Shown here one piece after another: positions 18,877 through 27,850 of a stretch of 64,000 nucleotides of DNA (position 1 is the stretch's first letter; the number at the start of each line of letters is the position of its first letter). Source of the stretch: Candidatus Latescibacterota bacterium (GTDB taxonomy: Bacteria > Latescibacterota > UBA2968 > UBA8231). The notes under the pieces were generated by a model. That model was not told where the DNA came from, did not search any database, and saw only the letters and a program-made list of their open reading frames with translations. Position numbers and translations under genes: made by a program. The DNA lies in assembly GCA_965204725.1 (NCBI GenBank), contig OZ242005.1, positions 3,392,001 to 3,456,000 of the forward strand. The letters are read 5' to 3'.

Positions 18877-19685
18877 TGCGCTTCCGGCCCTGTATTGACC
18901 TGCACGAGGGGCGAGTCAAGCAGATCGTCGGCACCAGCTTGCGCGACGGCACGGCCCCCCAAACCCACTTCATCGCCCCCCATCCTCCTGCGTACTTTGC
19001 GGCGCGCTATGGCCGCGACCAACTCGCCGGCGGGCACGTCATCATGCTCGGCCCGGGCAACGAGGACGCGGCCACGCAGGCCCTCGCTGCCTTCCCGGGG
19101 GGCTTGCAGGTCGGCGGCGGCATTCGCCCCGACAATGCGGCGGCTTGGCTCGGCCGGGGTGCCGCGCAGGTGATCGTCACTTCCTATATCTTTAGCGACG
19201 GCCAGCTTCACCGCAACCGACTGGCGCGAATGGTCTCGGCAGTGGGGCGCGAGCGGCTGGTCTTAGACCTTAGTTGCGGCAAACGCGAGGGGCGTTACGT
19301 GGTGATGACCAACCGCTGGCAAAAGGCCACGGACTTGGCCCTTAGCGCGGACAACTTGGCACTCCTCGCCGAGTCTTGCAGCGAATTCCTCATTCACGCT
19401 ACCGGGGTCGAAGGCAAGCAGCAGGGCGTCGATGCCGAACTCGTCGCGCTCTTGGGCGAGACCGCGCCCATCCCGACGACCTATGCGGGCGGCGTGTGCA
19501 GTGCCGAGGACCTCGAGATTCTCGGCCGGCTCGGCCAAGGGAAATTGGATTTTACGGTGGGAGCAGCACTCGATATTTTCGGGGGCACAGGGCTGCGCTA
19601 CGAGGATATGGTAGCCAACTACCATCGGCTAGTGCCCAAACAGCTTAAACAGATTGATCGCCGTGAAGTTGATGATGGCCCATAA
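18876..19685 (+). CDS. hisA: ProFAR isomerase, His6 (eukaryote-like) type
   Basis: FRPCIDLHEGRVKQIVG, GGHVIMLG, LQVGGGI, LVLDLSC, TYAGG, TVGAALDIFGG. Confidence 0.9.
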   Translation: MRFRPCIDLHEGRVKQIVGTSLRDGTAPQTHFIAPHPPAYFAARYGRDQLAGGHVIMLGPGNEDAATQALAAFPGGLQVGGGIRPDNAAAWLGRGAAQVIVTSYIFSDGQLHRNRLARMVSAVGRERLVLDLSCGKREGRYVVMTNRWQKATDLALSADNLALLAESCSEFLIHATGVEGKQQGVDAELVALLGETAPIPTTYAGGVCSAEDLEILGRLGQGKLDFTVGAALDIFGGTGLRYEDMVANYHRLVPKQLKQIDRREVDDGP

Positions 19686-20966
19686 GGTAAAGAGCAAGGC
19701 CAGCTCCGTCTTGAGCGACATGCGCTCGTCGGCCGGGGTGCGCATGGCCAAGTGTAGCACGGCGTAGGCCATGGGAATGAGCAACAGATTGTTGGCGTTG
19801 GCCCCTTTGAGCACAAAATCGAGGGTGCGCGGGTCAAACAATATGAAGAGCAGCCATCCAAACGGGAAGCCGATTTGTAAAATGCGGACCCAGCGGCGAT
19901 AGCCCTCTTCTCCGGCCAGCGCACTGACCTTTAATTGTCGCAGAAAGTCCGCGCCGATCCGCCCCGAAGAAGCGGCGAACACCAGCAGCGTGGAAAAGAG
20001 CGTACAAAATCCTCCAAACATGAAAAGATAGTACGCCCAGCCGCCAATGCTCTCGGTAAAAATGAGCGAGACTTGCTCAACGACCTTCATGCCTTCGGGC
20101 AAGACTTGTAGCTGATTGAGCACCGACGCGCCGAGCAGGTAATACGCGCACGTGACCACCAGCGCAATGCCCGTACACACGCCGGCATCGGTGATCAAGA
20201 CCCGCATCCAGCCCCGATACCGCGCCTGCCATTCCGGGCTATCGTCTTTTGGCCCGACGAAATCTGGGTAGCCTTTTTCCACGATCCAGTAGGGATACAT
20301 GAAAAGCTCAACCGCGGTCGCGCCGACCGATCCCATTACCGCGAGGGCCACAAACGCGCCTTCGGCGGGCATGGCCAAGCGAAGGCCCGAAGCGATTTGG
20401 GCACTACTGATGGCATAGCCCGTGCCTTGCAGTGCGAGCACCGATCCGACGACGACCAAGCTGAAGGTCGCCACCAGCGCGGAGACCATTTTCTCCAAGT
20501 CGCCGTATAGCCCCCGCCAGAGCAAGACCGACATGGCGAGGAACAGTACTACCGCCCACACCTGTTCGGACGCAAAGGGAAAAACCGCGCCCATCAGCCC
20601 GGCCACCGACCCCAAGATGCCAATGACGGCCACCGTCACCGAGAAGTACCCTGCCACGCAGAGCCACGCGATCCACGAGGTGCCGCGCCAGCGCACACCC
20701 GGCACTTGGTCGAGGATTTGCACGGTGCTGCTTTTTCGCAACAGACACTGCCGCCCCAATTCGAGCTGAATCGCAAATTTGACCAAACAGGCCAAAATCA
20801 CGCCCCAGAGAAAGACAAAGCCGACCTCAGCCCCCATCCGCGTCGTCACCAACAACTCGCCTGAGCCGACCACCGACCCCGAGACGATGACGCCGGGGCC
20901 GATGTTGCGTAAGAGGCCGCCGAAATGGGTGGGGGCCTCGCGGATGCTGCTTTGTTCGCTGTCCAT
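19629..20966 (-). CDS. Nramp-family membrane transporter
   Basis: GPGVIVSGSVVGSGEL motif; about 11 TM segments. Confidence 0.8.
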   Translation of the reverse strand: MDSEQSSIREAPTHFGGLLRNIGPGVIVSGSVVGSGELLVTTRMGAEVGFVFLWGVILACLVKFAIQLELGRQCLLRKSSTVQILDQVPGVRWRGTSWIAWLCVAGYFSVTVAVIGILGSVAGLMGAVFPFASEQVWAVVLFLAMSVLLWRGLYGDLEKMVSALVATFSLVVVGSVLALQGTGYAISSAQIASGLRLAMPAEGAFVALAVMGSVGATAVELFMYPYWIVEKGYPDFVGPKDDSPEWQARYRGWMRVLITDAGVCTGIALVVTCAYYLLGASVLNQLQVLPEGMKVVEQVSLIFTESIGGWAYYLFMFGGFCTLFSTLLVFAASSGRIGADFLRQLKVSALAGEEGYRRWVRILQIGFPFGWLLFILFDPRTLDFVLKGANANNLLLIPMAYAVLHLAMRTPADERMSLKTELALLFTLWAIINFTAINLFKLFGH

Positions 20967-21186
20967 AGATGCGTCCTATTTGGCAACGCGAGCGGTGCGC
21001 CCGCAAAAGCGGCTTTAAGATAGGAACTCAGGCCGCAGATGCCAGCAGTGCGAGGGAAAATGGGCGGTCGGAGGGCCGATTTTAGCTTGAGATTGCATTT
21101 GGCATAGCCTCGCGCTACACGCTATATTATTGCAACTCATTTGCAAAAGAGTAACTGCGGCTCATCCCCTTTTATCAGTATTCGTC

Positions 21187-21273
21187 ATGCCACTTCCCCT
21201 CATAGTAATAGGTATAGGTGCTGCCGTTGCGAGTGCTTTAGGCGGCGGTGCTACGATACTAGCCTCTCGGTAA
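21187..21273 (+). other. 28-aa hydrophobic micro-ORF or gene remnant (MPLPLIVIGIGAAVASALGGGATILASR)
   Basis: ATG 21187 to TAA 21273, ending 4 nt before the ATPase start. Confidence 0.35.
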
Positions 21274-21277
21274 TCTG

Positions 21278-22360
21278 ATGAAAAACACACATTTGGCAAC
21301 ACTCAAAATTAGAGATTTTCGCGGGCTATCGCGCCTCGATCTCAATGGCTTGGGAACGTTCAACATCTTGCTGGGCGCAAACGACGTGGGCAAAACTTCC
21401 ATTTTGGAAGCGATATTCCTCTTGTCGGGTTCTGCCAATATGCAACTGCCCCTGCAAATACAGCAGACCTTTCGCAATTATGGGGTTCGCGAATTAGCCG
21501 ATTTATCCGCTCTCTTTCACAAACTCGACTTCGACCAACGCATAACATTGGAGGCGCGTTATTGTGATTCCACGAAGCTAACCTTGGCTATATCGGCTCC
21601 GCACGAATCCCTTGCCACCAAAATACAGAGCGAGGTGCCGCCGAGTGATCCCTCATCTTCTTCGGTTTCCTCTGGCCAGCGCTACTTGCGCTACGATGGG
21701 ACGGTGCAGAAAGCCGCGCAACAAAAGCCGTTACCGTTTTCCGGCGAACTGATTGAACGCGGCGACAATCTCGAACTGACCAAAATGCCGGATGCCCTCG
21801 CCAACGATTTGACTGCCGCTAGTTTTATCGGCGCACGATTTCAATACAATAGCAGTGTCATCGGCGAGGTAATAGTCGAAAAAAAGAAAGACGCGCTTCT
21901 TCGCTATCTACGGATCATCAACCCCCGCGTGGAGGAAATCGCGGTACGTGGGGACAAAGCCTATTTGGACATCGGATTGAAGAAAATGATGCCGCTGAAT
22001 ATGTTCGGCAGTGGCATGATCCGCGCCGCAACTATTCTCTCGCTATCCATTTTAAGGGCCGAACAAATTCTCCTCATCGACGAGCTCGAAAATGGCCTTC
22101 ACTATAAGGCCATTCCGCCGCTCCTAAAGACACTCCTCAAATTTTCCAGCGAGCAGCACTTGCAGATTTTTGTCACCACGCACAGCCACGAAATCCTCAA
22201 AGCACTGAAGGATGTGCTGAGCTTGCCCGAATTTTCCGGTTATCGGCAGACGACAAACTGCTATGTATTGCAGAGAGACAAAAGCGGATTGGTGCATTCC
22301 TATAAGTACGAGTACCGTCAATATGAGCACACCATTGAGTACGATATAGAGATCAGGTGA
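21278..22360 (+). CDS. AAA_15/AAA_21-type ATPase
   Basis: GANDVGKTS, FGSG signature, LIDELENGLH, TTHS. Confidence 0.88.
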   Translation: MKNTHLATLKIRDFRGLSRLDLNGLGTFNILLGANDVGKTSILEAIFLLSGSANMQLPLQIQQTFRNYGVRELADLSALFHKLDFDQRITLEARYCDSTKLTLAISAPHESLATKIQSEVPPSDPSSSSVSSGQRYLRYDGTVQKAAQQKPLPFSGELIERGDNLELTKMPDALANDLTAASFIGARFQYNSSVIGEVIVEKKKDALLRYLRIINPRVEEIAVRGDKAYLDIGLKKMMPLNMFGSGMIRAATILSLSILRAEQILLIDELENGLHYKAIPPLLKTLLKFSSEQHLQIFVTTHSHEILKALKDVLSLPEFSGYRQTTNCYVLQRDKSGLVHSYKYEYRQYEHTIEYDIEIR

Positions 22361-22917
22361 TGAGTAGCCAATGGCAGATATTCGTCGAAGGACCGGACGA
22401 TCGAGCCTTCCTCAAGGACCTGTTACAACACCTGAACATTGCCAACGTCAACACGTCTATCATCGGCGGCGGCGTGGCGAAACTTCCCAACATTGCCAAT
22501 GAAATACAACGTGCTTACGATGCGGGCAAACGCATCGCTATCGTACTGGACGCGAACTCCAATTTCGCGAGTCGGTGTGCCGAGTTTGCGACACAGAAAG
22601 CAAGCCTCAAACTTCCAATTGACCGCTTCTTCCTCCTGCCAAACAACAAAGACTCCGGGAGCCTTGAGACCCTGCTCGAAGCGATGGCCATCTCCACTCA
22701 TCGCGTCGTGTACGACTGCTTTGACCAGTACAAAACCTGTTTACAAGACCGCAACACGCCATATAAACTTCCCAATCACAAGGCGCGAATTTATGCTTAC
22801 TGCGAAGCTCTCGGCCTTGAGACCCGTGCAAGTAAGCGGGAATATGTGAATTCATCGTATTGGAATCTGGACGCACCCGATCTGGAACCGCTGAAAACGT
22901 TTCTTTGTGCCCTGTAA
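22357..22917 (+). CDS. DUF3226-like TOPRIM-fold protein
   Basis: IFVEGPDD, IVLDAN, FLLPNN..GSLETLL; GTGA overlap with the ATPase. Confidence 0.75.
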   Translation: MMSSQWQIFVEGPDDRAFLKDLLQHLNIANVNTSIIGGGVAKLPNIANEIQRAYDAGKRIAIVLDANSNFASRCAEFATQKASLKLPIDRFFLLPNNKDSGSLETLLEAMAISTHRVVYDCFDQYKTCLQDRNTPYKLPNHKARIYAYCEALGLETRASKREYVNSSYWNLDAPDLEPLKTFLCAL

Positions 22918-22933
22918 ATCGCTCCTCCGAGCA

Positions 22934-23743
22934 TTAAATTAGTGCCCGCAACCCCTCGGCATATTGCCCCAACACCGCATCGGCCCGCTCCCCACTCCCC
23001 CGCTTATAGATCACTTCCACCGAGCAATACCCAGCAAACCCGGCTTCCGCAATTAGGCGCAGCGGCTCGGCGTGATCAAAGACGCCCGCGCCCAGCACCT
23101 CGCTGACCTGCACCTTGCCATCGACGATCACCCCGTCGTGGGCGTGAATGTGGCGCGTGTGCTCGCCCAGCAGCCGGAAGCTCTCGGCCGGCTCTTCCAA
23201 CACCCGCTGCGTGTGCATAAAATCCCACAACACCTGCAAATTCGGGTGCCCGGCCCGCTCGACGACGGCGCGTACCGGAGCCGAACAGCACCAATCGTCG
23301 TGCGTCTCCAGCAGCAATGTCACACCGCATCCAGCCGCGGCCGGCAGCACCTGTGCAAAACCCTCGACCACGTAATCGACGACCGCTGTCCACTCGCGGC
23401 TCCGGTCGCGCTGGCCGCCGAAAACCCGCACCAAGCCACAGCCCAAATCAGCCGCCAAGTCAATGTACTTTTTCACGTCCTCCACGTGCCCGGCCCGCTC
23501 AGCCGCGTCGGGCGCAGCCATCCGCGCCCCGGTCGCAATGCAGCAGATTGCTAGGCCCTCGTCCTCCATCCGCCGGCGAATGTCCCGCCGCTCTTGGGCC
23601 ACAAGCACGGCCTCAATGCCGCAGGCGTGATCCCACTCGACGCGCGGCTCAAACCCCTGATAGCCGTGCCGCTTCATGCCGGCGACGACCTCGTCCAAGG
23701 TCCAGTCTGGACACGCGCTGCTCATAGTCGCCAATTTGATCAT
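22934..23743 (-). CDS. Sugar phosphate isomerase/epimerase (xylose isomerase-like TIM barrel)
   Basis: LLETHD, LWDFMH, HIHAHD, SVE metal ligands. Confidence 0.85.
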   Translation of the reverse strand: MIKLATMSSACPDWTLDEVVAGMKRHGYQGFEPRVEWDHACGIEAVLVAQERRDIRRRMEDEGLAICCIATGARMAAPDAAERAGHVEDVKKYIDLAADLGCGLVRVFGGQRDRSREWTAVVDYVVEGFAQVLPAAAGCGVTLLLETHDDWCCSAPVRAVVERAGHPNLQVLWDFMHTQRVLEEPAESFRLLGEHTRHIHAHDGVIVDGKVQVSEVLGAGVFDHAEPLRLIAEAGFAGYCSVEVIYKRGSGERADAVLGQYAEGLRALI

Positions 23744-23913
23744 GGTCCCTCGCTCTCCTAATAGCGTTGCGAATTTAACAAATGGACAGGATAGACGGGA
23801 TTGTATTGTTTTATCCCATCCCATGTCAAACCCCCTCAATTGATGCAAGGCCCATCATGCAAGACTCAACGCTCAGGCCGGCGGCCAAAGTAGCGACGAG
23901 AGGTTTGAAAACC

Positions 23914-24111
23914 ATGGTTCTGACGCGAAGTTTCAAGGAAACGATCCAAGCGCGCATGGAGCGCGATCCGACCTTCCGCGAGGAACTGCTCAAGGAAGGG
24001 GTCGAGTGCCTGCTTTCGGGCGATATGGACACTGGCAAGGCGATATTGCGCGGCCTCCAACGGAACCCAGCCGATCATGGACTTACAGGCGACCGGCTTC
24101 GTCAATACTAA
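23914..24111 (+). pseudogene. Truncated addiction-module (HigA-like) antitoxin
   Basis: MVLTRSFKETIQARMERDPTFREELLKEGVECLLSGDMDTGKAILR matches this family's N-terminus; HTH half missing, sequence runs into the sigZ 3' end. Confidence 0.65.
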
Positions 24112-24704
24112 TGGGGTGTGCAGCCGCTATCGTTTTGCAGCTTGGTGCTGCGGCGCGGTTCGCAGCCGATCACCTCACCGCGGCAATCGAGCGCGATAGC
24201 ACAGCAGCGCAGTATCGCCTGCTTCAGCTTAGAACGGCCGCGCTGGACGCGGGATTTCATGCCGGAAGTGGAAAGGCCGAGGCGAGCGGCAGCTTCTGCT
24301 TGGTTGAGACCGGCGATGTCTGTGAGCAGCAACGCTTCCGCATAAGATTCCGGCAGGTTGCGGATAACAGACGTCAGACACGCGGCGATTTCGGCGGCGT
24401 TGCTTGCATGGCCGGACGCACCGCCGTTCTGCTCGATTTCGGCGGCATATCGAGTCAACGCCCGGGCCTCCGCAGCGCGGCGACGATGGTGATCCGCGAT
24501 CGCGTTGGCCGCCACGCGAAACACCCAAGCGGCCGGCTCATCAGCAACGGCGAGCCGGTCCTGATGGCGGGCGAGCAGTAGCAGGATGTCGCCGACAACA
24601 TCGTCCACAGCACCCGCTTCAACGCGGCGACTCACATAGGCGTGTAAGCTCGTCTGGAAATCCCGCCAATGGTCCTCGCCGAGGTTCTGCGTCTCAGTGC
24701 TCAT
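24108..24704 (-). CDS. sigZ: ECF sigma factor, SigZ-like
   Basis: AWVFRVAANAIADHHR, MKSRVQRGRSKLK, CC...D..G C-terminus. Confidence 0.82.
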   Translation of the reverse strand: MSTETQNLGEDHWRDFQTSLHAYVSRRVEAGAVDDVVGDILLLLARHQDRLAVADEPAAWVFRVAANAIADHHRRRAAEARALTRYAAEIEQNGGASGHASNAAEIAACLTSVIRNLPESYAEALLLTDIAGLNQAEAAARLGLSTSGMKSRVQRGRSKLKQAILRCCAIALDCRGEVIGCEPRRSTKLQNDSGCTPH

Positions 24705-25120
24705 GCACAGCAGCTATCTTCTTCGCCAGAATCGCGGGGGGAGCAGGCACGCTCCACCGGCTGGTCATCGACAATGCGATACCACTCCCAACGCAAGCCT
24801 TGCGGATCGCTCGACCAGACTTTGTTTTGCGTCGCGTGGCAGCAGGTTTCGTCGCGTTGCACTTGGGTCAAAATGCCCGCGTTCCGCAGGCGTTGCTCGG
24901 CGTCGACCACCTCGGCTTCTGCAAACGCTTCGACGCCTAGGTGGTTGAGGCGTTCTGCCGCCTCTGGATCTTCAAATAACACCAACTTCAACGGCGGCTG
25001 ATCGATGGCAAAGTTGGCATAACCGGGGTGCCGCTTGTGAGGCTCGGCGTTGAAAAGTTCGCCGTAATAAGCGACGGCTTCGTCCAAATCGCGGACGTTC
25101 AGGGCCAATTGCAAGCGCAT
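24701..25120 (-). CDS. ArsI/CadI family VOC metalloenzyme
   Basis: QLALNV, PGYANF, PPLKLVL, NHLGVE, TCCHATQNKVW..DP.G..WEWY. Confidence 0.9.
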   Translation of the reverse strand: MRLQLALNVRDLDEAVAYYGELFNAEPHKRHPGYANFAIDQPPLKLVLFEDPEAAERLNHLGVEAFAEAEVVDAEQRLRNAGILTQVQRDETCCHATQNKVWSSDPQGLRWEWYRIVDDQPVERACSPRDSGEEDSCCA

Positions 25121-25152
25121 AACTCGCTCCTTTCATATTTTCTGTACTCAGT

Positions 25153-25181
25153 AAGACGCAAGCCACCTAAAAAAGACGCAA
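25153..25181 (-). promoter_or_regulatory. Candidate ECF promoter: TTGCGTCTT repeated with 20-bp period
   Basis: AAGACGCAA at 25153-25161 and 25173-25181, upstream of the ArsI-like start. Confidence 0.4.
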
Positions 25182-25229
25182 AAAATTCTGTCTGATCGCA
25201 ATGCGCCGATATACCTTTCACCCGACCGC

Positions 25230-26381
25230 ATGGAGCCGATTGTGAAAATCGCGACCATCCAACTCTCGGTTTTCGAGCTTCCAGCGACCACTTCCCTCTT
25301 CGATCTAGAGCGCGTCCCCTACGGCCATCGCACCCGCTGGCAGCCCCGCGGCCACCGCCGCGCCGAGGCCCCCATCCACGTGCTACACGTGCTGACCGCC
25401 GAAGGCTTGGAGGGCATCTGCACCGTCGGCGACGCCCGCTACCAGACCATGCGCCGCGAGGAATTGGAGGCTCTGCGAATCATGGCCATCGGCCGCGACC
25501 CGCTCGATCGCGAGCGACTCGACGACAAGTTGCGTTGGGCTACCCGCTCGCTGTTTTCGCGCCCGGGCTGGCACGGGGCTTTCGACAATTGCCTCTGGGA
25601 CATCGCCGGGCAAGCGGCCTCCCTCCCCGTCCACGCTCTGATCGGCCGAGCGCGGCCGCGTTGCCGGGCCTATTACAACTTCCCTTCCGGCAGTCTCGAC
25701 GCCGCCCTAGAAGGGGCCGACCAAGCACTCGCATCGGGCTTTGTCGCGCTCAAAGATCACTGGTCTGGCTCCCCCGACACCAATATCGCGTGGTCGCGTA
25801 CTATCCGCGACCACGTCGGCCCGGACGTCGATCTATTGCACGACGCGGCTGGCAGCCCCTACAGTCTGCGCGAAGCACTGCGCGTTGGCCGTGCGCTAGA
25901 GGAACTCAACTACGGCTGGTTTGAGGAGGCGATTTCCGACCGCGACCTCCAAGGATTGCAAACGCTCTGCGCCCAGCTCGACATACCAGTCATGGCCCTG
26001 GAGACCTTGATGCACGACTATGAACTCTGTACCGCTTGGGTCCGCGCCAATGCCACGGATCTCGTCCGCGCCAATGCCCGCCACGGCACCACAGCCACGC
26101 TCAAACTCGCCGCGCTGGCGACCGCCCACCGCACCACCATCGAACTCAACGGCCCGGGCGGCCTTTTTGGCCTAGTCCACGCTCATCTAGTCTGCGCCCT
26201 GCAAAACACCACGTACTACGAGTATTTCCCCGGTGGCAGCCGCGACGAGATCGGCCACGAGATCGGCCTGCTCAATCCCCCACTTCCCGTCAATGGCCAC
26301 ATCGCGCCGCCGGCTGGTCCCGGCTGGGGAGCGGAGTGGGACCGGGCTTATTTTGCCAAAAAGCGCGTGGCCGAATGGTAA
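25230..26381 (+). CDS. Mandelate racemase/enolase superfamily protein
   Basis: DNCLWDIAGQ..LPVHALIG, WFEE, GPGWG. Confidence 0.82.
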   Translation: MEPIVKIATIQLSVFELPATTSLFDLERVPYGHRTRWQPRGHRRAEAPIHVLHVLTAEGLEGICTVGDARYQTMRREELEALRIMAIGRDPLDRERLDDKLRWATRSLFSRPGWHGAFDNCLWDIAGQAASLPVHALIGRARPRCRAYYNFPSGSLDAALEGADQALASGFVALKDHWSGSPDTNIAWSRTIRDHVGPDVDLLHDAAGSPYSLREALRVGRALEELNYGWFEEAISDRDLQGLQTLCAQLDIPVMALETLMHDYELCTAWVRANATDLVRANARHGTTATLKLAALATAHRTTIELNGPGGLFGLVHAHLVCALQNTTYYEYFPGGSRDEIGHEIGLLNPPLPVNGHIAPPAGPGWGAEWDRAYFAKKRVAEW

Positions 26382-26387
26382 GCTGCC

Positions 26388-27848
26388 ATGAAAATTCGGT
26401 CTAAATTTCAACGATTGATCATGGTGCTGCTCCACAGGGCACCGCTACCTCTGTTCGTGATTACACTAGTGTTAGCGGCGTTCTTAGGGGGCGTATATGT
26501 CAGCACAAAAAAAGTGTTTCCGTACGATCTTTTAAGAGATGCCCATAGGGCCGGTGAAACGCTGTACGCTTTGTATAAGGAGCATGAGGAGGGTAAGCCT
26601 TGGTTACTTAGATCCGCGGATATCAGCCCCGATAGTTTGGCAGCGCGTCGCTTTGAATTCATCGGGGCTGATGAACTCGCCGATCCGATCCTCGTTATGG
26701 GAGGTCTGGATTACTTCGCCGAGTATTGTCCCAGCGCCAGAGGGTGCCTCGCGGTCGAGTACGACAGCCGAGGGGAAGTGCGGCATGCCTACCCGTACCA
26801 CCCCGATAAGTTAGAGACCGCGCCGCTCCTCAGCGACTTTCCTCATGAGCAGTTTGGGGCCTCGTTTGTTCCTTATGCTCACCCAGTAGGTGCATCCACC
26901 TACTCAAACGGCGACCTGTTAGCTGTTTTCCACTTCCGCCATAGCTTTCCATTCGCCGGCGGCGTGGCGCGGATCAATCGCCATGGTCAAGTAATCTGGT
27001 TCCGCCGCGACTATAGCCATCATATACCGTATATGACCGATGGCGATATTGCGCTGGTCCCAAGTCTGAGGGTTGGCGAAGGACCTATCGAGATCAAGCT
27101 CAAAAACAACCGAACATTTGCACATACTGTAACGTTCCCTTTTAGAAGAGCAAGAACGTTCTATAACGATTTCGTCCACGTCATTGACGGGAACGGGCAG
27201 CTTCTCAATGCTATTTCCGTGCTCGACGCGATCCTCGAATCCCCGTTTGTACCGTCGCTGCGTTTCGCGCATATCCGCGACCCAACGCATCTCAACTTTG
27301 TCCACCAACTGCGGGAAGACGCCGGCGGCGCAGCCGGTATTGCACCGGGCGACCTCGTGGTTTCTCTGCGAGATTTAGACGCATTCGGCATTCTAGACGG
27401 CACAAGCCATCAGTTGAAAAGGTTCGTGCGCGGCAGCTTTTTTCGCCAACACAGCGTCATGCATCTCGAAGGTGCCAAGTTCCTCATGTTCGACAACTGG
27501 GGCGGCGATGGGGTGCATGGCCCCTCTCGCTTGCTCATGGTCAATCTGGCCAATGGCGAGGAGACCACCATCTTTCCAAACGACACGACGCCCGAACATC
27601 TGCGAGACATGTTTTCTGAAGCTATCGGGCTTATCTCCATTTCTCCAGACCGCCGCCGGGTTATCGTTACATACCACGCCGAAGGCACGGCGGTTGAAGT
27701 TCGGCTTGCCGACGGCGCGGTGCTCGCCGTGTTCACCAACTTACACGACATGTCGCATTTGGATTCGTTCGCCGAAAGAAAAAAGGCTATCGTTGTAATC
27801 CCGTTGATGTGCGTAAAATACATTGACAACAATACGCCGACGGGCTAA
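26388..27848 (+). CDS. Arylsulfotransferase-like beta-propeller protein, membrane anchored
   Basis: N-terminal TM; SHH, DPTHLN, LVVSLR, RQHS, FDN motifs. Confidence 0.75.
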   Translation: MKIRSKFQRLIMVLLHRAPLPLFVITLVLAAFLGGVYVSTKKVFPYDLLRDAHRAGETLYALYKEHEEGKPWLLRSADISPDSLAARRFEFIGADELADPILVMGGLDYFAEYCPSARGCLAVEYDSRGEVRHAYPYHPDKLETAPLLSDFPHEQFGASFVPYAHPVGASTYSNGDLLAVFHFRHSFPFAGGVARINRHGQVIWFRRDYSHHIPYMTDGDIALVPSLRVGEGPIEIKLKNNRTFAHTVTFPFRRARTFYNDFVHVIDGNGQLLNAISVLDAILESPFVPSLRFAHIRDPTHLNFVHQLREDAGGAAGIAPGDLVVSLRDLDAFGILDGTSHQLKRFVRGSFFRQHSVMHLEGAKFLMFDNWGGDGVHGPSRLLMVNLANGEETTIFPNDTTPEHLRDMFSEAIGLISISPDRRRVIVTYHAEGTAVEVRLADGAVLAVFTNLHDMSHLDSFAERKKAIVVIPLMCVKYIDNNTPTG

Positions 27849-27850
27849 CC

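Noticed and set aside
23783-23827. Imperfect inverted repeat gacaggatagacgggat...atcccatcccatgtc
   Set aside because: Degenerate and single in the window; cannot be supported as a repeat family
23876-23895. RPAAK-coding ccggcggccaaag matching the cassette boundary at about 7170
   Set aside because: Only 13 nt of GC-rich match with no flanking homology; may be chance
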